Virus record (IMG/VR): IMGVR_UViG_3300007522_000367
Location: 23,059-87,058 of that record
Source of the DNA: a virus
Length of the DNA: 64,000 nt
Reading direction: 5' to 3' (one strand)
Shown one piece after another: positions 36,635-48,600 of this stretch; positions within the stretch are counted from its first letter, which is position 1; each line of letters opens with the position of its first letter. A program made the position numbers and the translations under genes. The notes beneath the pieces are model-generated. The model was not told the DNA's origin. It ran no database searches and saw nothing but the letters and a program-made list of their open reading frames with translations.

Positions 36635-39600
36635 CGCGGCAAGTCAACTGTTGCTGCACGTAAGAATCTACTAATGTCTGTATCTGATTCACCTAGAGGT
36701 GTCCCAAGTGCATTCCATACTATTCCGGTGTGTCTGACAATTGTTACTTTAACGTTTTCAATTGGTGTTTCCAATAATGTTAGTGCAGAACCGCTTATAC
36801 TAAATTCTGCCGGCAAAGTTACATCGCCCTCTGGACTATCTTGTGCTGTCGGATTTGGCATTACATAAGAACTAATTGTATTTTTACGTAAACGTCTGCC
36901 TCCTACAAATACTTCAAATTCATTAACACTATTTGGAACAAAGTCTAACGGATATGTTGCCGTAGTGCCATCCGCTAAAAATTGCGAAGTTAGAGTTTCG
37001 TCTTTGTATGGCATAGTTGCAGTTGGTCCTTGGTTATAAACATTTTCTCCTTCGAGATAAACTGTCTTAACACCAGTACCTAATGTACCTCTGCGTAGTT
37101 GACTTAGTACGTTACCATTTCTTACAAAGTATTCAATGCGTTCACCGTCTATAAACAATATTCCAGGAACACTGCTTGTTGGTGATGGTTCAGGTAAGGA
37201 AGATCCGTCTGTTACTGTAATACTCTGATCGTACCATTTTAGATCAGCGGCTAACATTACACCGTTTCTATCGTCAAGACGTTTGTAATGCGTTCTGTTG
37301 AGCATATCTTTAAATTGGCTCCATCCATATTTGTTAACTAATACAGGATCTGCAAAATGTAGTAATTCAACTACATCATTTGCAGTGATTTCTACATTAA
37401 TTTTAACATAACGCTTATTATTAGTTACATAATAATGTACACTAGGAATTAGCAAATCACCGTTAAGAGTTACCCAAACATATTGTGCATCTAATGCACG
37501 TCTTGATAATTCAATTAATCCAGCAGTTAAGTGATTGTACTGATACCAATCAGCTGTTCCTACAGTTAACGAAATTCTATCTACAATATCATATTGCTGT
37601 CTATCAAACCCTTGCGAATCATGGTTACTAAATTGATATACTGTAATAACATCGCCTTCGTTATATGCACTGTCAATATACAATGTACTCGGAGTTGAGA
37701 CAAATTCATTGCTCGAATCAAAATATCCATATCTATATTGACCATCACTAGTAATATAAACATTTAGTATATCACCGTCTTGTTGTTTAACTCGTGTTTT
37801 TAATCTAACAATACTTCCGTTACCAGTGTAAGTCCAATCGAGATTATATGCTAATTCTACATTATTTAAGAACACTTTCATCTCTTTGTTGCTAATAGCC
37901 CCCACCGGAACTTGGAATTCTTCTAGTCGGTATTCACGGCTTGCGGCTGTTGTAATAAAGCGGCGTGTATATCCTGCATTTAGAATTTTATTATTAACCT
38001 TTACAATACTAAACCAAGCACTTGGCTCATTATTAAACGGAGTCTGATTTAACTCAAATGCTACTGTACTTCCGTCTGCTGTAAATGTATCAATAGACAC
38101 TTCACTAAAGTTTTGTGTTGCACCACTAAAGAAAGCATAACTTATAACGCTTCCTGCTGCTGGTGGCGTAGCAAACGATATAACAACGTTGTTTGGATAC
38201 TCGTAGGTGTTATCACTTTCTTGGATTACGTTAGATAATGTTTCGCCATTTAGTGTAACAAAGTACTGAAGATTTTCTACAAATCTTACATTAGTTAAGA
38301 ATTTACTTGTAATTCCATCTGCAACAAAATTATCAATGTCTAATATATCTGTACCACTTACTCCTAGTACTGCTAAATGTATTTTAGCATTTAGTGCAGG
38401 TGCAGTATTAAACGTCACTAACTTGTTAGCATAGTTAATAGTGTAATCTTCTGCTAATACAATATTATATTCTACTTTTACAAATAAGCTGTTTGCTTGC
38501 AACGGTGCTATATCTAGACTGAACGTCGTAGTTACTCCATCGCCTGTATAATTTCTTGAAGTAATTTGACTACTGCCGTTTTTTGGTCTTTCATATACTT
38601 TAATATCAACTGTATCAAGCAATTGTCCTGGAACTAATTCTTCTGGACCGCTGCTTGTAGTAGCAGTTACAAATCCGTCACCGTCAATAGTAATATCTTC
38701 TGCTCTTAACCCAGTGGCAGTCGAATAATTAAGATTTCCACCAGTAAGTATAGTGTCATAACTATTAGGCTCTGGAAGGTATGTGCCGTCACTAGTTGTT
38801 TTTCTAATAATGATAATATCGCCTGCTTGGTTAGCAAGATCAAGTCCATCATTATCAAGGAATACAACAGTAGTAGTTCCGTCTCCTGTAATACTTTGAC
38901 ATATTGCATTTGGATTAGTTACTGGGGTTGCAGTGCCGTAGTTGACGTCATCAACTCTTACACCGTTTTTATAAATGTTATAAACAACACCGCTTGCTAA
39001 TGGTGCAGCAAGATCAAGACTTATAGTCGAACCATCAAGTTCAAAAATTTCATCTTCAAATGTAGTGTCATAACTATCCCACGTGTCTTCGTACCATCCA
39101 TCTGCATCCCATCCACGGCCGGGGCCGAAGCCAAAGCTCTTAACTTCAACACCGCCGTAATCTAACCCAGTCATAAGTTGATTTAGATCCTTGCCTGTCA
39201 TTCCAACTGTTGGAGTATAATAATTATTAATTCTGTCTTGTGCTTGCATTAAGCTAACAGTTTTTTTATACTCAACTCTTATTGATTTGCCGTTAGCCTG
39301 AGCTTCAGTAAACGAGATTTGTCCGTAATATCGATCATACCCTTTAGTAGTATCAAGTAAATTACTATAGGTATATTCACTGTTTAATGCTTCTTGAGTA
39401 TTAACGTATACATTTATAGTCGACCTTGATAAGTCCATTGGCCATACTAAGTTAAACTCATACTTGTTGCCACTTGCTGTAAATGTTTCTGTTTGACTTA
39501 TTATTGTATAAACATATGTTCCTGTAGTTCTATCAAACTTAACAGTAGAATGTATTCCTCTAACTAGTCCATTGCCTATTTGTACACTATATGTTGCTTC

Positions 39601-42600
39601 TTCTCCGCCATCGACGATATTGTTTAGTGCTGACACTGTAGGAGCACTGTAGTATCCGCTACCTGCATTAACTACATCAACTTTAGTTACTTTGCCGTTG
39701 GTTCCGATGTGTGCTTTTAACACGGCGCCTCCGCTGCCGCTTAATGTTAATTCAGGCGAACTTCTATATCCGCTACCCTGGTTTACTACTTTAACACTTG
39801 TAATTTTGTAACCGTTGTTATCTAACCAATTTTTATTTGGATAAGTTTCAACGTCAGCGTTGACACCAATTAATACACCATCTTGCACTTTAATGGACTG
39901 CGGAACAATGTTACCTTCAACTACATTGTATGACGGTGGCAAGTCAAAGTCAGTAACAACTGTACTTGTATTATCAAGACCTTCGTATGCACTTAGATAT
40001 TCTCTAATTTTAGTACCGAACGGTTTAACTTCTTTAATATAGGCTTCATAACTTGGAAGGTTATCGTTATTAAAAGTAATATCTTCTCTTAACATTCCAA
40101 CATTATGTTTTGCTTTAATAAAGCTAGTTTTGAATGCCCAATCGATATATGTTTGTTCACTAAATGCATATCTTAGACCTGCAAAGAATAATGCATTAAA
40201 ACTAACTAATAGTTCGTCAATAAACAAATCATCTTTAATTGATGTTAATATAGTTCTAAGTTCAATTACCGGTTCACTATCATAAATTTTAGTATCAAAA
40301 CTTATAGTATCAAAACCTGTAGAAGATTCAACAGTATCATATAGTGTAGATTTAAACTGTATTGTACCGTCTTGTCTACCAACAGTGTTGTAATTAACAG
40401 TGTAATCGCTAGTATTTTGATCATCTACTTTTTCTAATAATAACCAACCCCCTGTACCAACTGTTGATATCTTTACAACATCGCCAATGGTATCGTCTAA
40501 TGCAGTCAATTCATAGCTATTGTCAATTAGATAATCAATCTCAGTTAATGCACTGTAACTAGTTGCATACCAATCTGCATAATCCCAATACAGTCTTACA
40601 TTATAACTTTGACTTTGAATTCTATTCCAAGTTCTAGTTTCACTAATTCTTTCGTATAGTGCCCATTTACCTTGTATAGCACTATCGCTATTAACTAAAA
40701 CTGTAAATCTTCTTACAGTTAGTGTAGGATTAGTATTATAGTATTCACCTGGTTCTACAACCGTAACTTCAGTAATTCTACCTAGGGCATCAATTGTAGT
40801 CTGGAACTCTGCTCCTGTACCGGCGCCTGCAACTGTTACAGTTGGAGGCACTCTATAACCCCTACCCGGATTTACAATATCTACTCTTACAATCTTACCG
40901 TCTACAACTACAGGAGACACTATAGCTTGTGTTGCTTTTGCAACACCTATAAATGCTAAATCATCTATTGTATCTACAGTTGCATCCCATATGTTAGTTA
41001 CTTTTCCCGGTGCTGGATCCGCATTAAACAATGTAGTAAAGATCTTATCATCTACAATTAAGTTTTCTTTAAGGATAAGATTAGTGCGTTCAATGAATTG
41101 TTTTAAAGCTTCATAACGATTTGCAAACCAACTCTGTCTTGGTCTATTTAAAGAACCGTATTTTTGTTTTAGGCTTAACGTCGGATCAGGGACTACACGA
41201 TTTTGTTCATCGTATCCAACTAAGCTGTCGTACCATTTTCTAATAATATCTCTGTTAGGTTGACTTGTTTCAAGGCCTTCAGATATAATTTGATATTGTG
41301 TATGAACATTTTGATCTTGATTTTGAATTGTCCAGAATTGCGTACTTAATGCTACGTCAGTACCTTTGATATATCCTTCTACATTATAGAGTACAAAACT
41401 GCTTGGACTAATTAATCCAGCAAATGTATATCCTTTAGCAACAGGGTCAGCAATGTAATCTGCTACATCGCTAATGTTAATTTTTCTAAATTCTACATCG
41501 GGTGTAATCTTTTTGTTAGCTACCCAGAAATAATAAGTTGTTTTAAACGTACCTGCTATACTGTCGTATTTGCGCTTAGTGCTGTATGCACTGTCACTGT
41601 GTAGACTAGTTCCGCTATAGCCTTTTGCAAATCCGTTTTCAGTATCTGCTGCTGCATCCCACACACTAGGTAATACATCAGACTCTACCCATTCGTATAC
41701 ATCAATAGTGCTACCTTGAAATACTTTAGTCCAATTTTGTGTGCTATAAATCACATTACCTTGATACGGATTATAGAATTTAGCATTAGTTAAATTCCAC
41801 CATACTTCGCCAATATGGTCACTACCCCAGCTATTAGTTACATCAACAGTAGTTCCTCCAATTAGCGAAGTATCATATAATGCAGGATCATAATAAGTTT
41901 TAAATGTCAACTCTTGTTCAGCAACACCTGCTACTTTTCCTTGAATTGGATCAATATAATCGATATATGTTAATAATTCATTTTCCTTTGTATTGTAAAG
42001 GAACATCTTTTTAATCTTGTTAATATCAACTGTAGGTTTGGCAGCTCTATGAGTTGTCCACATAGTTGATAACTTGCTATTAGAAAAGTCTATTACTTGG
42101 CCAGTATAAATGCCAGAAACTTTGGTTGGTAACCCAACATACAAGTGATTGTTTTTAGCAAGAATATTTCTACCAAAGTAGTTTACATCACTATCTGGTA
42201 TTTGTATTGTTTGTGCAAATAATAATTCCGACTCTATCTTTTCGTAAACGTATACAACTCCCACATCTTTATTAACTGTTTTAAAATCTGTAAAGCCGCT
42301 ATCAAACACAGTAGTAAATGCGTCAAAGTACGTTTTAGTTTTTGAATCTGCACTTCTAGATGAAACGTGTAATTTTTCTCCGTCAAATTCTACTTTCCAA
42401 CCAAACATTTCAGCTCTCTCATTATTAGGACTGCTTAATGTTTGTGATTGAACAAATACTCCGTCAACTTGTTTATAGATATAGACAATGCCCTGATCTG
42501 CTTTGTAGTCGTCATTTAAAGGAGCGCTAATTGCAATTAACATTCCGTCAGTTGAGATTGACACTGAATACCCAAATGCCGATGTTTTATCAGGTGCATC

Positions 42601-45600
42601 TATTTCTTGCGATTTTTCAAAATGTCCTTTATTAGATCTATAAACTACTATTTGATTAGGCGACGTAACATCATATAATGCATTAACAACTAATACTTCT
42701 CCAGAAGTTGCAATATCAAATTGCGAACCAAATTCCTCAAGGCCAGTTTGATTTAATATAGTAAGTGTACTGTCGTCGCCTACACTAAGTCCAGTTGAGT
42801 TAGGAATAAATCCAACGTAATCAACTAAATCGCTTGTCAAATTCCAATCGTTAAAATTAAATGCTCCAGCGGCAATATTAGTTTTTGCAACATATAGATC
42901 ATTACTTAGATAAACAATGTCATTAGTAAAATAATTAAGACCAGGGCTAAATGTACCTTTAAAGTTTTTATTCTTTGCATAGTCCCAATTATAAGTTAGA
43001 CTATTTTCTTCACCCTTTTTAATGAAATACAATCTACCCGGTAAGCTAGATGTTTTAGATCCTTCAGCGTGAACAAATCCTCTGTAAAGATTTCCGTTTT
43101 TAGTAATTTTTATAGAACTACCAAGTTTAAAGTTTGCCTGTTTTTCAGGAACTGTGTAACTAGCTATACGATCGTATCTACCCGGTGCAGCTTTAGAATA
43201 TATAGTATAAAGACCTTCATTAGCTAGTCCGCTTGAAGTTCCCGTTGTTTCAGCTGGAATCTGATATACTTGTGTCCATTCGTTGTTAACTGCACTTGGA
43301 GAATTTGCAAGTCGAGGTATCCCTGACACAGTTGCAGTTGTATAAAACCAATATTCTATATCTAATAAACTAGATGATAGTGTTAGTGGTATAGTTGTTG
43401 GAGCTTCAAACACTAAAAGTTTGCCAATACCTTCGCTAGGTAAACCTAGGCTAACATATTGTATCTGTCCCATTGTTCTGTTGGCTTGATAAGTTGGACT
43501 AGGATCTCCAGGAATTAGGTTAAATCTAATTTCAGCATTTTGTCCATACACATCGCCTTCAGACCAAGTGCCTGTTAAACTCTTAATGAATACAGTTACA
43601 TTAAGGCCTTTTCGTTGGTAGAATGCAACTACGCCAGTAGCGCCGGTTGTTAAGTCTGCTACAGTCTGTCCTACTTTAGGTTCAAATGGATTGCCAGCAG
43701 CATCAAACTTTGTGTAGTTGAAGTTTATATAACCGTCCCATACATCATAAATTATCTGAGTAGCATTAGTAGTTGATGTTGATAATCCAATAGCTGTCAG
43801 GTCTCTAATAATACTAGTACCGTATTGAGGTAGTTGATTAACATATAACTCAATATTGTATCCTTGAACAAATGCATCACTGATTGCTTTAGGAGCTCTA
43901 ACTACATACAAGTTACTTAAGAACGGCGAGGTAGAACCATATGCACCTGGTAAACCTTGATAACTTAATTTTTGTATATAAGCATTATATGTATTTTGAC
44001 TGCTAGTTGTAGCAGTGTTATAATCTAATGAATTATAGAATACTGTAGAAGCGTGTGCTATATCTGTAATAACATCGTAAAATACTAAACCTCTACCTTG
44101 ATCTGTATTTTCAGTAATAGCCGTTGGTGTATAACTAGGAGTATCAATATACCAGAAGCCGCCCAGTTGTGTGCTAGTATCAATACTATCACTCGGACCT
44201 TGTAAAATATACTCACCAATAAAGTCACCGTCGTTACGGAATAAACTATCAGTACTGCTAAATGTACCATTAACGCCTGTTAAGTACATTACTACTTCCG
44301 CACCTACATTAAAAATATAATCAACTGTTCCAAGAGCAGTTTGAGTTTGCAGTATGTCGCCTAATTCTGGTTGAACAGTTGACGATCTAACATATAACAC
44401 TACATCAATTTTCTTTTGAATTGTGTGAGTTTGTTCTATAAATGCTGCATCAATCACTGCAAACGATCCGTTAAACGGTGAACGAGATGCAAGTGCTGCT
44501 AATCCTTGATTAGAGTATGTTGTTTGATTCCAGGCAAGTTTAATTTGATTGCCTACTCCGCTACCATCATACTGCGCTAAGGGTGCTCTAATTAATAGAT
44601 GTGTTACTGGCTGGTTTAAAAATGCTAAGGATGCTTCATTAGGATCTATTGCATAATTTCCAACAAGTAATGTTGGTATAGATTCTGTACTAGTATTTTC
44701 TATATTTAATACATCAACAATATATGTTATAGAATTAAAACTATTAAACTGAATACTTGCTTCTTCACCTTCTATATCAACTAATGATTTCCATAATTGT
44801 TGATCTTTAGCAACAATTGAACCTTTGCCGTAATCACTGCCAGGAACAAACGTACCGGCATATTTTGTTTTAACATTTGACGCATTTGGTGATCCAACAA
44901 TTACATATGCTCCGTCTGGACTAACTGCAACTGCCGCGCCAAATTGTTCTAAATCATTACCAAACTTAAAGGGTTCGATAACTTGTGTTTGTACAAAGTT
45001 TATTGAATCAGTGGCACGAGAATAAACATAAACTTTTCCGTCGCCCTGGTCTGGGGCTCCGACAATCAGTGTGGTATTTCTATCATCAACACTCATCGCA
45101 GTACCAAATGATACATCTGACGATGTTGATGGTTTTGTTAATCTTAATTGCTCTGTAAATAAGTTTTCATTCTTAAGTACTGACCATTTACCTAGACCAC
45201 TAACATTATCAATCCATAGATAATCATTGGTGTCAAGATTTTGTTGTAATATAGTATTTGCTGAGGAAATATTAGCAGCACGCACTTTTAAGAAACACGT
45301 AATAGAACCTACACATTTAGTAATTTCTGTTTGTACAGTGGGTGTGAGCAAAGTAATAACATTTTTATCTACAGCAGATACAACATAGAAGCCATCTAAA
45401 TCAAATTTTTCTGTAGTTGATGCTGCTGTAGAATCCTCAGCAATATATTCTACATAGTTACTAAAACTATGTAATCCAATTACATCATCAACTTCAATGT
45501 CAGTAACGTTAGTTGTAAGCGTTAGAGTAAACGAAGTAGTTCCAGCTGAAACTGCTTCAACTTCATAATCAGTGTCAACATGTTTATATACACCCCAATC

Positions 45601-48600
45601 AAGATTATCATTTCCAACCCAGATATAATCAGTTATTTTAACATCTACAAAATTAAAATCAACAATATTAGCATAACTTGTTGCAATACCACGAACATCT
45701 TCAGGATTTACATATCCTGCATTTTTTACATAACTTGTATCTACATACTTTTCAGGGAAAGGTTTATGGTTGTAGTTAGGAGTTTTTTGGTAAACTTCAT
45801 AAGGGAGTATTCTGTAGACTAGATCAGTTTCTGTTCCGGTTGTACTTGTTACTAAGTCAATTGGCTGAGGAGTTAATCTAAATTTACTTTCATCAAGTAA
45901 TAATTCATATTCTTCAAACCCATCACTTGCGCCGTATTGGCCGTCACGGATTGCCCATTCTTCGTAAAACTCTAAACTATCTTTATCAGCACTACTTAAT
46001 ACATCAAATAGTTTTGTTAATGCATTTTTAGTACCTTTGTCCTGTATCATACCTTGATAAAATTTATACTGACTCACATCATCATTAATAATATTTTCAA
46101 GGTATTGACGTTTCTGATAACCGATTAAGTGTTGCGCCATGCGCTGTTGCTCAGTATCAAAATTGTCTGAATCTAAGTCATAAAAATCTGCAAACTGATT
46201 AGTTTTGTATTCAAAGTTTGCATATAGTCCTGCTTCGGGTTTTTCGTTTAAGCGATTCCAGTCATTTGCATCAAAAGATTCTGCCCCAGATAATTTAGTA
46301 GATGCACTGTAGTAAAACTCTTTATATTTTACAATACTACCAATTGCATAATCCGTCCAAGACTCCCAAGTTGTTGCCTTAGCATCATCATATATAAATC
46401 CGGGAATATTTAAACTGCCGTCCCATTCTTGAGTAACATATCCAAGAACTTTAATTCTTTCCTGTCTGTAACCCGGTTGTGTATCATAAATGATATCACC
46501 AAATACAGTCTTATTATCAATCAATAACACATGCTCTTTTTGTACAAGAGGAAGTTTAACAGCAAACACACCGTCGGCGGTATTTCTTGGACGAATAATA
46601 AACTCGTTAGGCGAACGTCCTAATGTTGAAAATTCCTGTACTAATTTTGTACCGTCTGATTGAAGCAAACTGTATCCGTAGAAACTATCAAAGATATTAT
46701 CTACCATTGAATACTCTGATACAAATTTTAATTGTGTAGCTGCTGGGCTTAATGTAATAACACTGCCTTCGCCCCAGTTTTGTGTAGTCCAGAATAAGAA
46801 TTCATTTACACTGTGGCGCCAGTTTAATACAACCTTTGCATCGCCTTCGTAGTAATCAAATACAAATCCTTGGTCCATTAAGTACTCACCGTAGCCTAAT
46901 AGAAAGTCGACTACGTCTTGGATAGTAACAAATAATTGTCCGTAATCTGCTTCAAGAACAATAGTTTTATTAACCTTTCTTCTTACAAATGCAGTTCTGC
47001 CGCCAATTAACGGTAGCGCAGGTAGTTTAACAAGATTAGTTGTATCAAAATCTGTACTGCTTATAAAGTTAGATTTTACTCTATAATATGCACCCTGGTA
47101 TTCAATATTTTGTCCGGCAACATATTGTTTGCCGCTATCCCATATTAAGTAACTTTCACTAATTCCGCCAATGTTAATACTAGGATCTGATTGTGTAGAT
47201 ATTGCTGCATAATAATTAAAAGATGCAATTTCAGTATCATACCCTTTAATCACGTAGCCGTCACTTCTGCGCTCTACAATGACACCACTGTAAGAAACAG
47301 TTTTAATAGGAGTACTTGTGTTTAAGAATATTTTATAGTTTTCATCTGGAACAAATACATTGCCCTCATTTAACGGTGTGCGACTATCTAATATTAATCT
47401 AAACTTGTCCTTATCAGTAAATCCTGCTAGCTTGTATCCTAACTGATTTTTAATAGTTCTAATGTTTGATTTGTAGGCAGTGTACGATGTTGTTATATCA
47501 GCTGCCATATAATTTGCAATATAGTTTACAACACCACTAGTATAAACTTGAACTGTGTCTTCATATGTATTTGGAAATACAATATCAGATAATTTTATTC
47601 TAGTATTTGTTTTAGCATATATTAAATCGCCTGAAATGTTTCTTACTTGATTAATTCTATCAAACCCAGTAGCAAATAGCATATGTGGTTTGTTAATTGC
47701 AAATGCGGTAATAACACTAAACGGATATTGGCTACTTGCTCTCCAAGCACTTTCAATAGGGGCGCCATCGCCGAATACAAAACTTTCATCTAACAATTGG
47801 TTATCAAAATAATTGATATAGCCTGACTCAATAGGAGATAATAAATTACCTTCACTATTAACCGGCAAGTGGTTAGTTAACCCTGGACGTTTATAATTAT
47901 TAAGTATTTTATATTTTACGCCAGGTTGTCTTACAATACCTGCTTCGATATCTTGCCATAAAAGCAAGTTCTCTTTGGTGTAGGGAGCAGGGCCGTACTG
48001 TGTTTCCCACCACGTAGGCATAACTGTAAACCCAAGCATTTCCCAAGGGTGTGTATGCGGGCGATCAGTATCGTAGGCTTGCTGGTAAATCTGTCTCCAG
48101 AAGCCCGGTAATACCGCACCAGTAGGACCAGTACTACCTGCGTAGTTAAATGTAAACGAGTTAGCTCTATCAAAGAAATTATGTAATGTGTAATCTTGGT
48201 CAATTAGTTTTGTCCACTGCAAAAAGTCAGCTAGTATTACTCTATCAATTTGACGTTTACTAACTGCTGTATTTCTGTAGTCACCGCCGATAAGACTATG
48301 TATGTTTAAGAAATTAGTATCGTATCCTACTTTAATGTTATTAAAAATTCTTTTTTCAAGTTCTAGTAATAAGTCATCTCTATAATCATCAAACGCTGCA
48401 ATCTTACTACCGTCGTGTCCTTGAATAATATATCTCGGAGTTTGGTAGGTATCGTCTAAGTATTTTGCAGGCTCGTATGAAGGATACAGGCCTAGCTTGC
48501 TTGGCGTAGGTGGAACGTAACTGCCGTTAGTAGTTTCATATTCATATATATCAACTATATCATCAGGCTGTTTAGCCGCTGTAATTAAAACATAACCTTC